A stretch of DNA of 64,000 bases from an uncultured Prevotella sp. (GTDB taxonomy: Bacteria; Bacteroidota; Bacteroidia; Bacteroidales; Bacteroidaceae): NCBI GenBank assembly GCA_905202125.1, contig CAJKQX010000001.1, forward strand, positions 19,273-83,272, given 5' to 3'. Each line of letters begins with the position of its first letter. Position 1 is the stretch's first letter. Below, piece by piece: positions 23,882 through 37,510 of this stretch. The position numbers and the translations under genes are program-made. The notes under the pieces were generated by a model. That model searched no databases, was not told the origin of the DNA, and saw nothing but the letters and a program-made list of their open reading frames with translations.

Positions 23882-24454
23882 TTATTTCAACTGTCTCTTA
23901 TACACAAAAATTCCGGTGTCGTTTTCAAGATAAAGAGAGTCAGCCCCCAAAGTGTTGACGATAAAAGTGTCTTTGTTGAGCAACAAACGTCCGTTGAGTA
24001 TTTTCCACGATGTCCAAGAATTGTTTTCGGCCTTCACGTTCGACTTGACCAACCCACCCTCTTGTATCTCGAAATTCTTGTCGATACTCGTCCACTTGCC
24101 CAAAAGTGTCGTAATATTGATTACAGTCGTGGCTATTCGGGTGTCCGAAACAGTCGTTCCCATCACAGCCATTCTGTCTCCGGCCATCAGTCCGCCCTGT
24201 ACATTGACAGGATTATCATCATTGTCGAGCAACGAGTATTCCAACGTATCCCCCAAATCGGTAATCAACTGAAGAGTGTTCATTGCCGTACCTTCTCCGC
24301 AAACGCCATATATAGTTGAGTCGGGAGTCTCGCATGTCGTTTCGGTATCGACATCCTCAATCTTTGCCTTTTTTGTTTCGTTGCAACTATACAAAAACGT
24401 CGACGAAATGACAATTGCCAATATTATTCTTATAAGTTTCATTGCCTTACTCAT
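23882..24454 (-). CDS. hypothetical lipoprotein (lipocalin-like)
   Basis: 190 aa. Lipobox LYSCNET. No clear family assignment. Confidence 0.3.
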   Translation of the reverse strand: MSKAMKLIRIILAIVISSTFLYSCNETKKAKIEDVDTETTCETPDSTIYGVCGEGTAMNTLQLITDLGDTLEYSLLDNDDNPVNVQGGLMAGDRMAVMGTTVSDTRIATTVINITTLLGKWTSIDKNFEIQEGGLVKSNVKAENNSWTSWKILNGRLLLNKDTFIVNTLGADSLYLENDTGIFVYKRQLK

Positions 24455-24515
24455 AAATTATCATTAATAACATTAATAAAATAATGAAAATGAAGAGGAC
24501 GAAACATCCGACACA

Positions 24516-25379
24516 TTATTCATTATGTTCTATTTCCAAAGTTTTGGCCTCATTCCACAGCTCATCCATTTCTCCGATAGTCATGTCTTTAAGCGATTTT
24601 CCGCTTTCGATACATTTATTCTCGATATAATTAAAACGATGGATAAACTTGCGATTGGCATATTCGAGAGCTGTATCCGGATTGAGGTTATACAATCTTC
24701 CGGCATTTATCAGGCTGAACAAGAAATCACCATATTCCTCCAAAGCCTTATCGTTGTCCTCCTTACGCAACTCTGTCTCCAATTCGACAAGTTCTTCATG
24801 CACTTTAGCCCATACATCATGCTTATCTTCCCAATCAAAGCCCACGTTGCGAGCCTTATCCTGTACACGATAGGCCTTTATCATCGATGGCAAGGCATCC
24901 GGCACACCTGACAATACGCTTTTGTTACCGTCTTTCTCCTTCAGCTTGATTTGTTCCCAATTCTCCAATACTTCTTTAGCTGTGGAAGCCTTCGACATAT
25001 CATCCGTTTCACCATTTTCTCCATATGGCAGAGGTTTTGGCTCGGGACATCCCACCTGAGACGGATGATAAACATGGGGATGACGGAATATGAGCTTATC
25101 TGTCAATTTATTGCACACATCGGCTATATCGAAATCGCCTTTTTCATCAGCAATTTTAGCATAAAAGCATATATGCAACAACACATCGCCGAGTTCCTTA
25201 CAGATATTCAGTTTATCGTCTTTGATGAGAGCGTCGCACAGTTCGTATGTTTCTTCGATAGTATTCGGTCGCAGACTTTCGTTTGTCTGTTTCTTATCCC
25301 AGGGGCATTTCTGGCGCAGGACGTCAAGAACATCCAACAAACGTCCGAAGGCCATCATTTTTTCTTCTTTTGAATACAT
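24516..25379 (-). CDS. mazG: nucleoside triphosphate pyrophosphohydrolase MazG
   Basis: Tandem MazG EExxE motifs (EETYELCDAL and LEEYGDFLFSL). The start was chosen at an internal Met; the ORF is open to 25400. Confidence 0.8.
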   Translation of the reverse strand: MYSKEEKMMAFGRLLDVLDVLRQKCPWDKKQTNESLRPNTIEETYELCDALIKDDKLNICKELGDVLLHICFYAKIADEKGDFDIADVCNKLTDKLIFRHPHVYHPSQVGCPEPKPLPYGENGETDDMSKASTAKEVLENWEQIKLKEKDGNKSVLSGVPDALPSMIKAYRVQDKARNVGFDWEDKHDVWAKVHEELVELETELRKEDNDKALEEYGDFLFSLINAGRLYNLNPDTALEYANRKFIHRFNYIENKCIESGKSLKDMTIGEMDELWNEAKTLEIEHNE

Positions 25380-25471
25380 AACAAATTTATTAATATGCAA
25401 ATGTACAACTTTTCCATGTATTTTTACTAATTTTGCACTGTTTTATATGGAAATAAATAATAATAATAAAT

Positions 25472-28186
25472 ATGGAATTAGCAAGCAAATACGATCCGCA
25501 GTCAGTTGAATCCAAATGGTATCAATACTGGCTTGACAACAAACTGTTCAGTAGCAAGCCTGATGGCAGAAAGCCATACACAATAGTCATCCCGCCGCCA
25601 AATGTGACAGGCGTCCTGCACATGGGGCACATGCTCAACAACACCATACAGGACATTCTCGTAAGACGGGCACGCATGGACGGCAAGAACGCATGTTGGG
25701 TACCCGGAACAGACCACGCCTCAATTGCAACCGAGGCAAAGGTCGTGAACAAGCTCGCTAAAGATGGTATTAAAAAGAGCGACCTCACACGTGATGAGTT
25801 TTTGAAACACGCCTGGGATTGGACTCACGAGCATGGAGGAATTATTCTCAAACAGTTGCGCCGGCTGGGAGCAAGTTGCGATTGGGACCGCACGGCTTTC
25901 ACTATGGACGAGAAACGATCGGAAAGCGTAATCAAGGTGTTTGTCGACCTTTACGACAAAGGATTGATATACCGCGGACTAAGAATGGTCAACTGGGACC
26001 CGAAAGCCCAGACAGCCTTGTCCAACGAGGAAGTAATATATCACGACGAGAAATCAAAACTCTATCACCTTAAATATTATCTTGCAGACCAACAGAATGT
26101 TGATACATCGGCCGAAGGCAATGTCGTGCACAAAGACGAAAAAGGCTATTACGCCGTTGTTGCCACCACTCGCCCCGAGACCATCATGGGCGACACAGCA
26201 ATGTGTATCAACCCCAAAGATGCAAAGAACCAATGGCTCAAAGGCCATCGCGTGATAGTTCCGCTTGTGGACCGCGAAATACCGGTCATCGAGGACCGCT
26301 ATGTGGACATCGAATTCGGTACGGGATGTCTGAAAGTGACTCCTGCTCACGACACCAACGACTACATGCTTGGCAAGAAGCACAATCTCAAGACCATCGA
26401 CATATTCAACCCCGACGCCACAATAAGTGAAGCGGCCGGAATGTATATCGGTATGGACCGCTTTGAGGTGCGCAAGCGAATAACCATCGATCTCCAACAA
26501 GCCGGTCTGATGGACCATGTAGAGGACTACAACAACAAAGTAGGATACTCGGAGCGCAACTCCGACACGGCCGTCGAACCACGTCTGTGCATGCAATGGT
26601 TTCTGAAGATGCAGCACTTTGCCGACATCGCACTGCCACCGGTAATGAACGATGAAATAAAGTTCCACCCTGCAAAATACAAAACGACATACAAGAATTG
26701 GCTCGAAAATATCCAGGACTGGTGCATAAGCCGTCAATTGTGGTGGGGCCATCGCATCCCGGCTTATTTTCTGCCAACATCCGACAGTCAGGACGAGAAA
26801 TATGTCGTAGCGCTCAATGCCGACGAAGCATTAGAGAAAGCTCATCTCATCCCGGGATACGAAAACATCACCAAAGACGAACTAAAACAAGACGAGGACG
26901 CCCTCGACACTTGGTTCTCGTCATGGTTGTGGCCCATATCATTGTTTGACGGCATAAACAATCCCGACAACAAAGAGATAAATTATTATTATCCCACCTC
27001 CGACCTTGTCACCGGACCGGACATCATCTTCTTCTGGGTTGCCCGCATGATTATGGCCGGATACGAATATCAAGGCAAGATGCCGTTCAAGAATGTTTAT
27101 TTCACGGGTATCGTACGCGACAAGCTCGGTCGAAAGATGTCCAAATCGCTCGGCAACTCGCCCGACCCCATCGAACTGATAGAGAAATATGGCGCAGACG
27201 GTGTGCGCATGGGTATGATGTTATCGGCTCCGGCGGGCAACGACATCCTGTTTGACGAAAGTCTGTGTGAACAGGGACGAAATTTCAACAACAAGATTTG
27301 GAATGCCTTCCGTCTGGTTAAAGGATGGACAGTGGCCGAGACAGAACAGCCATTGGAGAACAAGATCGCCACACAATGGTTTGACGCTAAGCTCCGTCTG
27401 GTGAACGCAGAGGTCAACGACCTGTTCGGCAAATACAGAATATCCGAGGCACTCATGGCTGTTTACCGTCTGTTCTGGGACGAGTTCTCCAGTTGGTATC
27501 TTGAAATGATAAAACCGGCATACATCAACGGCGAGGCTCAACCGATAGACAAGCAGACATACGACATGACTTTGGGATTCTTTGAAACATTGCTCAAGAT
27601 GCTCCATCCGTTCATGCCGTTCATCACCGAGGAACTGTGGCAGCACATCTACGACCGCAATGAGGGCGAATCGATAATGAGAGACAAACTCTCAATGGCC
27701 GCGGCTAAAGAAGATGACAACAAACTCACAGAATGCATTGAAATCGCGAAACAGATTGTCAGCAACGTGCGTATGGTACGCAATCAGAAGAATATCTCAC
27801 CCAAAGAGAAACTTGAGCTACAGACCATCGGTACCAATAATTATAAGCAGTACAACTGCGTGATAACAAAGATGGCCAACCTCAGTGCCATCACTACTGT
27901 GAACGAGAAAGATACATCTTCGGCCGTATTCATGATAGGTACCGATACATATGCCGTACCTCTCGGAAACATGATCGACATTGATGCTGAAATAGAGAAG
28001 CAAGAGGCTCAACTCAAACACCTTGAAGGATTCCTGGCAGGAGTTATGAAAAAACTCTCAAACGAGAAATTCGTTGCACATGCACCCGAGGCAGTAGTTA
28101 ACCTCGAACGCAAAAAGCAAAGCGACAGTGAGGAAAAAATTGCCGCGCTGAAAGCATCTATCGCCATGCTCAAAGGAAAAAAATAA
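25472..28186 (+). CDS. valS: valine--tRNA ligase
   Basis: 904 aa. HMGH ([12 protein letters not shown]) and KMSKS motifs, CP1 editing region, C-terminal coiled coil. Confidence 0.95.
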   Translation: MELASKYDPQSVESKWYQYWLDNKLFSSKPDGRKPYTIVIPPPNVTGVLHMGHMLNNTIQDILVRRARMDGKNACWVPGTDHASIATEAKVVNKLAKDGIKKSDLTRDEFLKHAWDWTHEHGGIILKQLRRLGASCDWDRTAFTMDEKRSESVIKVFVDLYDKGLIYRGLRMVNWDPKAQTALSNEEVIYHDEKSKLYHLKYYLADQQNVDTSAEGNVVHKDEKGYYAVVATTRPETIMGDTAMCINPKDAKNQWLKGHRVIVPLVDREIPVIEDRYVDIEFGTGCLKVTPAHDTNDYMLGKKHNLKTIDIFNPDATISEAAGMYIGMDRFEVRKRITIDLQQAGLMDHVEDYNNKVGYSERNSDTAVEPRLCMQWFLKMQHFADIALPPVMNDEIKFHPAKYKTTYKNWLENIQDWCISRQLWWGHRIPAYFLPTSDSQDEKYVVALNADEALEKAHLIPGYENITKDELKQDEDALDTWFSSWLWPISLFDGINNPDNKEINYYYPTSDLVTGPDIIFFWVARMIMAGYEYQGKMPFKNVYFTGIVRDKLGRKMSKSLGNSPDPIELIEKYGADGVRMGMMLSAPAGNDILFDESLCEQGRNFNNKIWNAFRLVKGWTVAETEQPLENKIATQWFDAKLRLVNAEVNDLFGKYRISEALMAVYRLFWDEFSSWYLEMIKPAYINGEAQPIDKQTYDMTLGFFETLLKMLHPFMPFITEELWQHIYDRNEGESIMRDKLSMAAAKEDDNKLTECIEIAKQIVSNVRMVRNQKNISPKEKLELQTIGTNNYKQYNCVITKMANLSAITTVNEKDTSSAVFMIGTDTYAVPLGNMIDIDAEIEKQEAQLKHLEGFLAGVMKKLSNEKFVAHAPEAVVNLERKKQSDSEEKIAALKASIAMLKGKK

Positions 28187-28264
28187 GATTCATGCTCAAT
28201 AGTGTAACAATCAGAGACAGTCATCATTCGTAGTATCAACGCGATGACAACATCAAACAACAAT

Positions 28265-28312
28265 AAAAAATTACCGCGTGAATGCAAATTTCATTCATGC
28301 GGTAATTTTTAC
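28265..28312. terminator. bidirectional rho-independent terminator between valS and the convergent OMP gene
   Basis: AAAAAATTACCGCGTGAATG...CATTCATGCGGTAATTTTT. A 15-bp stem flanked by an A run and a T run. Confidence 0.75.
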
Positions 28313-28347
28313 GTCTCATTCAATTGTGAAAAAACAATCAATAAGCG

Positions 28348-29643
28348 TCAGAACGAATATTTGAATCCCAAAGAAAATGTTTCCTTGAACTGCCAATAAG
28401 CATGGTGCTCGTCGCGTCTCACACCATCATCAAATCTAGGATAGAAATAGAGTTCGCAATTGATAAATTTGTTGACATTGAAATTAATCCAGTTTTCATT
28501 CTCAAAGAGGAAATACTCGTATGAAGTGGTACACCAGATACGCGTTCTCCAACTTATGTTTTTCATTATACGCCAACTCAAATTGGCATTGAATGAAGGA
28601 CCGAAATTATCTTCGATGTGTTTTCCTTGTTTCACTCCGTATCTCGAGACCAAAGCGTCACGTCCCACATAAGTGAAATGATAGCCCAAAGGTGCTAAGT
28701 GAGCCGAACCGGAAATCTTGCCTTTAAACCAATTGATATTATAATTCATACCAACTGTAAGCTCCAATTTCAAAGGCGATAAGAAATCAGTGGACACATT
28801 ATTACTATTGTTATCATATCGTCTCATCAGAGATGTAAAAGCAATGGTTTGGAACGAATAGCTCCAATTCTTGATGGCCTGATAATTGATGGTTCCCGTA
28901 TAGCGCAAATCGTTATTGCCGATTCTGAATTTATGTTCTTTCTCGCTCTCCACCTTGCTCAGCCCGAGAGACATATACAAATTATTGGAGAATGAAAATC
29001 TGCGTTTATTGTTATAATTGGCGTTAATATTGAGCGTATGAGTCATATTCAGCGAGTTTTCGCCTCCCTTAAACCAGTTGCCGGAATAAGTGTTTTGATT
29101 CAACTGAAGATTATACTCACCCGAGAATGACCAAAAATTAGGACGTTTCAATACAATACCCATCGACTCTACATCAAGATCGTCAGCCACAGGCGACACC
29201 TTTTCAATTATGTCTGTCTCGGGCGTAATCATCTCAGGTTCAGGCGTGATGATGGTTCCGGCTTGTTCCAGCATGCCCTGTGTTCCCCATACCAGATCGG
29301 GTCGATTGACATACACATCAAGCAATGTCTGTCCGACGCCATCAGGCACAGAGTCGGTGTCAAGTGCAAACAAATCATCCACAATGTCATAATAAAAAGT
29401 GAAAGGAGTAAACAGTCGGCTGTACTTGCCATCTATTTGGTGAACCACACCGAGTGAGTCGTCTCTAAGTCCTTGCAACATTTGATTCTCCCTGAATATT
29501 CTCAGCGAGTCAACATACATGTTTTTGATTGCTGAGACTGAATCCGGCTCTGCTATCTTGCCGGATTTGCGTATAGGAGTTTGCGCCACGGTCTCAATCA
29601 GCCCGAAACACAGGAAAAGCAATGATAAATATATAGTTTTCAT
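28348..29643 (-). CDS. putative outer-membrane beta-barrel protein (DUF3078-like)
   Basis: 431 aa. Signal peptide. Amphipathic beta-strand pattern with a C-terminal aromatic residue (...LGFKYSF). Confidence 0.4.
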   Translation of the reverse strand: MKTIYLSLLFLCFGLIETVAQTPIRKSGKIAEPDSVSAIKNMYVDSLRIFRENQMLQGLRDDSLGVVHQIDGKYSRLFTPFTFYYDIVDDLFALDTDSVPDGVGQTLLDVYVNRPDLVWGTQGMLEQAGTIITPEPEMITPETDIIEKVSPVADDLDVESMGIVLKRPNFWSFSGEYNLQLNQNTYSGNWFKGGENSLNMTHTLNINANYNNKRRFSFSNNLYMSLGLSKVESEKEHKFRIGNNDLRYTGTINYQAIKNWSYSFQTIAFTSLMRRYDNNSNNVSTDFLSPLKLELTVGMNYNINWFKGKISGSAHLAPLGYHFTYVGRDALVSRYGVKQGKHIEDNFGPSFNANLSWRIMKNISWRTRIWCTTSYEYFLFENENWINFNVNKFINCELYFYPRFDDGVRRDEHHAYWQFKETFSLGFKYSF

Positions 29644-29718
29644 GCAACATTCTTATTATTGGGCAAAGGTAAGAATAAAAATTAAAAGTTGCTTGTCTAA
29701 TTCGTATTTTTACACTAA

Positions 29719-31368
<1,650 letters not shown>

Positions 31369-31400
31369 ATTATCACCTATTATAATTAAGAATAATCAAA

Positions 31401-33296
31401 GTGGATAAAAATACTATTACAGGATTCATCCTGATAGCAGCCGTATTGATTGGATATGGTATTTGGTCACAGCCTTCCCAGGAGGAAAGAATAGCCATGA
31501 TGCGTCAGGATTCCATAAAAAATGTCGAGAGACAAAAAGCAGAGTTGTTACAAAAACAACAATCGGAAAGCAAAACAAACAGCAATGCGATGATGACAAC
31601 AGACTCCACCGCACTGTTTTATTCCGCACTCACAGGTAATGAGAAACGTATCACTTTAAAGAATAAAAAAGTTGAACTGACCCTCAATACCAAAGGTGGA
31701 ACCATTGAGAAGGCCGTTGTAAAGAATTTCACCGACCGTAACGGCAACCCGGATGTGACACTTTTTGATAAGAATGACCAAAATATGAGTTTCATGTTGC
31801 TCGCTAAAGAAAGCAATATCATAACATCCGACTTATATTTCACACCTTCGGAAATATCCGATTCAACCGTGACGATGACCGCGACATCGGGGCAAGGCCG
31901 TTCCATCAGCATGAAATACACTCTTGGAAAAGACTACATGCTGCACATGACCTTACAAACAACGGGTATGGCCGGACTCTTCTCACCCAATTACAACACA
32001 ATGGATGTGAATTGGAACGAGAAATGCCGTCAACAGGAGAAGGGATTTACATTTGAAAACCAGCACACATCACTAAGCTACCACAAAGTAGATGGCGGTA
32101 CAAAATATCTGAGCGAGACAAGCGAGGATAAAGACAAGACCATTGAGGATAGGATTAATTGGATTGCCTTCAAGAACCAGTTCTTCTCGGCAGTGATGAT
32201 TGCAAAGAATGATTTTGCCGAAAACTCGGTATTGACAAGCATTCCGCAAGAGAAAGGAACCGGATATCTGAAACAATACGAAGCAAAGCTCAAGACTTTC
32301 TTTGACCCCAGCGGCAAGCAACCTTCGGAATTCGATTTCTATTTCGGACCCAATGATTTCCGTCTGTTGAAACGCATCGAGAAAGAGGCCCAATATGACA
32401 GCGACCTCGAACTGGAACGCCTTGTGTATCTGGGATTGCCTCTGTTCAGAATCATCAACCGTTGGTTCACGATTTATGTATTCGATTTCCTCACAGGCAT
32501 GAACATCAACATGGGTATCGTCTTGATACTGATAACCATGCTTTTGAAATTCATCACCTATCCGCTGGTGAAGAAAAGCTATTTGAGTTCGGCCAAGATG
32601 AGAGTATTGAAACCCAAACTCGAGGAGGCAACAAAACAATTCAACAAGCCTGAAGACCAGATGCAGAAACAACAGGCAATGATGGCTGAATATTCAAAAT
32701 ACGGTGTCAGCCCACTGTCCGGATGTCTGCCTATGCTCATCCAACTGCCAATCTGGGTAGCGATGTTCAATTTCGTACCTAACGCCATACAGTTGCGCGG
32801 CGAGAAATTCCTTTGGATTGACGACTTGTCGACATACGACCCGATTATAGAATGGAACACCAACATCTGGCTTATCGGCGACCACCTATCTCTGACATGT
32901 ATACTTTTCTGTGTCTCCAACGTCATTTACTCCATCATGACTATGCGTCAGCAAAAAGACCAGATGGTAGGACAACAGGCCGAACAGATGAAAATGATGC
33001 AATGGATGATGTATCTCATGCCCGTGATGTTCTTCTTCATGTTCAACGATTACTCTTCGGGGTTGAATTTCTACTATTTCGTCAGTTTATTCTTCAGCGC
33101 AGCCATAATGTGGACATTGCGCAAGACAACCAACGATGAGAAATTGCTTGCAAAACTTGAAGCAAAGTATCAGGAGAACAAGAACAACCCGAAAAAGATG
33201 AGCGGACTTGCTGCCAGACTACAAGCCATGCAGGAACAGCAGCAGGAACTGCAACGCAAGAGAGAAGAACTGGAGCGCAGAAGAAAAGGATTTTAA
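31401..33296 (+). CDS. yidC: membrane protein insertase YidC (long Bacteroidetes form)
   Basis: 631 aa. N-terminal TM, large periplasmic domain, 5-TM 60-kDa-IMP core, C-terminal charged coiled region. Confidence 0.88.
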   Translation: MDKNTITGFILIAAVLIGYGIWSQPSQEERIAMMRQDSIKNVERQKAELLQKQQSESKTNSNAMMTTDSTALFYSALTGNEKRITLKNKKVELTLNTKGGTIEKAVVKNFTDRNGNPDVTLFDKNDQNMSFMLLAKESNIITSDLYFTPSEISDSTVTMTATSGQGRSISMKYTLGKDYMLHMTLQTTGMAGLFSPNYNTMDVNWNEKCRQQEKGFTFENQHTSLSYHKVDGGTKYLSETSEDKDKTIEDRINWIAFKNQFFSAVMIAKNDFAENSVLTSIPQEKGTGYLKQYEAKLKTFFDPSGKQPSEFDFYFGPNDFRLLKRIEKEAQYDSDLELERLVYLGLPLFRIINRWFTIYVFDFLTGMNINMGIVLILITMLLKFITYPLVKKSYLSSAKMRVLKPKLEEATKQFNKPEDQMQKQQAMMAEYSKYGVSPLSGCLPMLIQLPIWVAMFNFVPNAIQLRGEKFLWIDDLSTYDPIIEWNTNIWLIGDHLSLTCILFCVSNVIYSIMTMRQQKDQMVGQQAEQMKMMQWMMYLMPVMFFFMFNDYSSGLNFYYFVSLFFSAAIMWTLRKTTNDEKLLAKLEAKYQENKNNPKKMSGLAARLQAMQEQQQELQRKREELERRRKGF

Positions 33297-33305
33297 AAAT
33301 AATTA

Positions 33306-33357
33306 ATCAGCAGATTATGCCGACCGGATGCCCAACACATCCGTTAGCATAATCTGT
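33306..33357 (+). terminator. stem-loop terminator after yidC
   Basis: CAGCAGATTATGC...GCATAATCTGTTTTTG. Confidence 0.55.
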
Positions 33358-33377
33358 TTTTGTATTAAAAACTCAAC

Positions 33378-35537
33378 ATGAAAAAAACCACAAAATTGGC
33401 AATTGCTGCTATAATGGCAAGCACAAGCCTACAAGCTCAGCAAATGATAGATAAAAACAATATCCATCTTAATAGTAAAAACATGACGCCTGAAGCTCTT
33501 TGGGCTATGGGACGTCTTGGTGGAGCTCAGGCTTCACCCGATGGCAAGACCATCGTTTATCAGGTGGGATATTACAGTGTCAAAGAGAACAAAGGACGGC
33601 AGGTACTCTACACAATCAGTGCAGATGGCAAAACGCAGACAAAACTGACTACCGAGAACAAGAGTCAGAGCGATGCCGCTTGGATTGAAAACGGCAAACG
33701 AATAGCATATCTGCAAGACGGACAGATATGGGCGATGAATAGTGACGGCAGCAACAAGACACAGCTGTCCAACTCAAAAATAGATATTGAAGGATTCAAA
33801 TATTCCCCAGACGGCAAACATGTACTCCTCATCAAATCAATCAGTTATCATGAGAGTATAAAGAAGAATCCCGAGGACCTTCCGTTAGCAACCGGACGAC
33901 TGGTCACCGACCTCAATTATCGTCACTGGGATCATTATGTCGAATCCATTCCCCACACCTATCTCGCAGACATTAAGGACAACGGAACGATAACAGAAGG
34001 CACAGACATCATGGATGGAGAGCCCTACGAGTGTCCAATGGCGCCATTCGGAGGAATTGAACAACTGGCATGGAGCCCTGACTCAAAAATGATTGCATAC
34101 ACCTGTCGCAAGAAGACCGGCGTGAGCTATGCCATTTCCACCGATTCAGACATCTACCTTTATGATGTCACCACAGGCAAAACCACCAATCTGTGCAAGC
34201 CGGACAATTACAAGACAATGGATGTGAATCCGTCGAAAACGATGCGATATCAGGCAATAAACAAGCAGGCCGGCGATCTGAATATGGGATATGACGTAAA
34301 CCCGAAATTCTCTCCCGATGGCAAATACGTGGCTTGGCAAAGCATGGAACGTGACGGTTATGAGAGCGATCGCAACCGTCTTTGTATTTACACATTGGCA
34401 GACAAGTCAAAGAAATATGTCACTGAGCAATTCGACTCTAACGTGGACGACTACTGCTGGGGCAAAGACTCACGCACTCTTTATTTCATAGGTTGCTGGC
34501 ATGCTTGCGAAAATATGTATCAGACCGATCTCAAAGGCAATGTGAAACAATTGACTGACGACATCGCCGATTTCGGTTCGATATCATTAGCAAACAACGG
34601 CAATCAAATACTTGCAACCCGTCACAGTATGTCACAGGCTGATGAGCTTTACTTGGTGAATCCCGGTCGTGACATCAAGAAAACCGAAATCAAACAGATT
34701 ACGTTTGAAAACAAACACATATATGACCAGCTCGAAATGGGTCAGGTAAGAAAACAGTGGGTAAAAACGACAGACGGCAAAGACATGCTGTGCTGGATCA
34801 TTCTGCCGCCCGGCTTTGACGAAACAAAGAAATACCCCACCCTGCTCTATTGCGAAGGCGGCCCGCAGAGTCCTGTAAGCCAATTCTGGAGTTTCAGATG
34901 GAATTTCCAGATCATGGCCGCACACGGTTATGTCATCGTAGCGCCCAACCGCAGAGGTCTGCCCGGTTTCGGTTCTGAGTGGAACGAACAGATTAGCGGC
35001 GACTGGACAGGACAATGTATGAAGGATTATCTCAGTGCAATCGACTATGCAGCCAACAATTTCAGTTTTGTAGACAAAGACCGTATGGGAGCCGTTGGCG
35101 CCAGTTTCGGAGGATTCAGTGTGTACTATCTGGCCGGACATCACGACAAACGATTCAAGTGTTTCATCGCACATGACGGCGCATTCAACCTCGAATCGAT
35201 GTACACGGACACCGAGGAGACATGGTTCTCCAATTGGGAATATGACGACGCATATTGGAACAAAGACCTGACAGAGAATGCCAAGAGGACATACGAAAAT
35301 AGTCCTCATCGTTTTGTGGACCGCTGGGACACACCGATATTGTGCATTCACGGCGAAAAAGACTATCGCATCAATGCCAATCAAGGTTTCGGTGCGTTCA
35401 ACGCAGCACGTCTGAAAGGCATTCCGGCTGAATTGTTGATATTCCCTGACGAGAACCACTGGGTACTCAAACCACAAAACGGAATATTGTGGCAGCGCAC
35501 ATTCTTCGACTGGCTCGACCGTTGGCTGAAGAAATAA
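33378..35537 (+). CDS. S9-family serine peptidase (beta-propeller + alpha/beta hydrolase)
   Basis: 719 aa. Signal peptide. WD40-like propeller repeats. Nucleophile elbow GASFGG and His near the C-terminus. Confidence 0.8.
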   Translation: MKKTTKLAIAAIMASTSLQAQQMIDKNNIHLNSKNMTPEALWAMGRLGGAQASPDGKTIVYQVGYYSVKENKGRQVLYTISADGKTQTKLTTENKSQSDAAWIENGKRIAYLQDGQIWAMNSDGSNKTQLSNSKIDIEGFKYSPDGKHVLLIKSISYHESIKKNPEDLPLATGRLVTDLNYRHWDHYVESIPHTYLADIKDNGTITEGTDIMDGEPYECPMAPFGGIEQLAWSPDSKMIAYTCRKKTGVSYAISTDSDIYLYDVTTGKTTNLCKPDNYKTMDVNPSKTMRYQAINKQAGDLNMGYDVNPKFSPDGKYVAWQSMERDGYESDRNRLCIYTLADKSKKYVTEQFDSNVDDYCWGKDSRTLYFIGCWHACENMYQTDLKGNVKQLTDDIADFGSISLANNGNQILATRHSMSQADELYLVNPGRDIKKTEIKQITFENKHIYDQLEMGQVRKQWVKTTDGKDMLCWIILPPGFDETKKYPTLLYCEGGPQSPVSQFWSFRWNFQIMAAHGYVIVAPNRRGLPGFGSEWNEQISGDWTGQCMKDYLSAIDYAANNFSFVDKDRMGAVGASFGGFSVYYLAGHHDKRFKCFIAHDGAFNLESMYTDTEETWFSNWEYDDAYWNKDLTENAKRTYENSPHRFVDRWDTPILCIHGEKDYRINANQGFGAFNAARLKGIPAELLIFPDENHWVLKPQNGILWQRTFFDWLDRWLKK

Positions 35538-35571
35538 CTCAAGGAAATAAAATCAAAAACAAATAAAGACA

Positions 35572-37185
35572 ATGAATTCAACAAAAACATTACGCGATTC
35601 GGCAGCCCTTCGCTGGACAGCCCTATTGCTTTTGGCACTCGCGATGTTCTGTGCATACATCTTCATGGACATCCTCTCGCCAATCAAAGACTTGATGCAG
35701 TCGCAACGCGGTTGGGACTCTGACGCTTTCGGCACAATGCAAGGCGCAGAGACATTCCTCAACGTATTCGTGTTCTTCCTGATTTTCGCCGGTATAATCC
35801 TCGACAAAATGGGAGTACGTTTCACGGCCCTTCTCTCGGGAGCAGTAATGCTTGCCGGAGCATGTATCAAATGGTATGCCGTGAGCGACGGATTCATCGG
35901 CAGTTCGCTGGAAACCTGGTTCAACGAAAACCTCAACCACATTCCGATCTTCGAACAGCTCGGCGTATCACCATTCTATGAAGGAATGCCGGCCTCAGCC
36001 AAACTTGCGGCTCTGGGCTTTATGATCTTCGGATGTGGCGCAGAGATGGGTGGCATCACCGTAAGCCGTGGTATCGTGAAATGGTTCAAGGGCAGGGAGA
36101 TGGCACTTGCAATGGGATCTGAGATGGCACTTGCCCGTCTCGGCGTTGCTACATGTATGATATTCTCGCCATTCTTTGCCAAGTTAGGTGGTGAAGTGAG
36201 CGTATCACGTTCAGTGGCTTTTGGCGTTGTGCTATTGTGCATAGCCCTCATCATGCTCGTGGTCTATTTCTTCATGGACAAGAAACTCGACTCTCAGACC
36301 GGCGAGGCAGAAGAGAAAGACGATCCTTTCAAGATTTCGGATATCGGACAGATACTTTCATCAATGGGATTCTGGCTTGTTTCACTCCTTTGTGTGCTTT
36401 ATTACAGTGCCATATTCCCATTCCAGAAATATGCCGTAAACATGTTGCAGTGCAACCTCACATTCACCGAGGTGCCCGCCGATTCGTTCTGGGCATCACC
36501 ATCAGTGACAATCGTGCAGTACGTCATCATGCTTGTTGTGGCAGCCACTGCATTCATGTTCAATTTCATGAAGAAACCCGGACTGAAATACTCAATGTTC
36601 ACAGTATCCGTGATTGCACTCGTCACATATTGCTATATGGGCTACATGCGTCAGTCGGCCGAATCGATCTTTGCCGTATTCCCACTTTTGGCCGTAGGTA
36701 TCACTCCCGTTCTGGGCAACTACGTTGACCACAAAGGAAAGGCCGCTTCGATGCTCGTACTTGGTTCACTGCTTCTGATAGCATGCCACCTCACGTTTGC
36801 TTTCATCCTGCCAATGTTCAAAGGCAGTCAGGCCGGCGGTGTCATCATAGCCTACCTTACAATCCTTGTCCTGGGTGCATCGTTCTCGCTCGTTCCCGCA
36901 TCTTTGTGGCCGAGTGTACCAAAACTCGTTGATGCAAAAGTCATCGGTAGCGCATACGCACTGATTTTCTGGATTCAGAACATCGGTCTGTGGCTCTTCC
37001 CCTTGCTCATCGGTAAGGTGCTGACAGCAACCAATGAGGGAGTAACAGACCCCACACACCTCAACTACACCGCTCCACTGATCATGTTGGCATGTCTTGG
37101 AGTTGCAGCTCTTGTGATAGGACTGTTCCTCAAAGTCGTGGACAAGAAAAAGGGGCTTGGTCTGGAAGAACCGAATATCAAATAA
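35572..37185 (+). CDS. MFS transporter
   Basis: 537 aa, about 12-14 TM segments. Charged loop between TM6 and TM7. Confidence 0.7.
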   Translation: MNSTKTLRDSAALRWTALLLLALAMFCAYIFMDILSPIKDLMQSQRGWDSDAFGTMQGAETFLNVFVFFLIFAGIILDKMGVRFTALLSGAVMLAGACIKWYAVSDGFIGSSLETWFNENLNHIPIFEQLGVSPFYEGMPASAKLAALGFMIFGCGAEMGGITVSRGIVKWFKGREMALAMGSEMALARLGVATCMIFSPFFAKLGGEVSVSRSVAFGVVLLCIALIMLVVYFFMDKKLDSQTGEAEEKDDPFKISDIGQILSSMGFWLVSLLCVLYYSAIFPFQKYAVNMLQCNLTFTEVPADSFWASPSVTIVQYVIMLVVAATAFMFNFMKKPGLKYSMFTVSVIALVTYCYMGYMRQSAESIFAVFPLLAVGITPVLGNYVDHKGKAASMLVLGSLLLIACHLTFAFILPMFKGSQAGGVIIAYLTILVLGASFSLVPASLWPSVPKLVDAKVIGSAYALIFWIQNIGLWLFPLLIGKVLTATNEGVTDPTHLNYTAPLIMLACLGVAALVIGLFLKVVDKKKGLGLEEPNIK

Positions 37186-37231
37186 AACAACCGTAATCTA
37201 TCAACGGCATAATGGCCCATGTATAAATACA

Positions 37232-37272
37232 AAAGCAGAAACCAAACGGATATCTTCGATGGTTTCTGCTTT
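37232..37272 (+). terminator. perfect 12-bp-stem hairpin after the MFS gene
   Basis: AAAGCAGAAACC-N17-GGTTTCTGCTTT. It abuts the left end of MITE copy A. Confidence 0.5.
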
Positions 37273-37467
37273 AACCCAAATCGCATAAGACCGACAATGG
37301 GCATGAATGATGGTTATCGTATTGTCTGTTCACGTGTTTTGGGTTTCTATTTGTCGTCTTGCATCCCGTCTTGTCTCGCCATAGCCCGCTATGCCTTCGA
37401 CAAAACAGTCTGCAATCCGACAAATATAAAGACAAAACCGATTTGAAATCTAATGATTTGGGTTTAA
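37271..37467. repeat. MITE-like element, long form (copy A)
   Basis: TTAACCCAAATCG ... GATTTGGGTTTAA terminal inverted repeats. About 88% identical over ~150 bp to 39415-39565. It contains a repeat-borne 75-aa ORF. Confidence 0.75.
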
Positions 37468-37510
37468 TTATTCTTTTCTATGGAATATTGGATACTTTTG
37501 CACTCATATG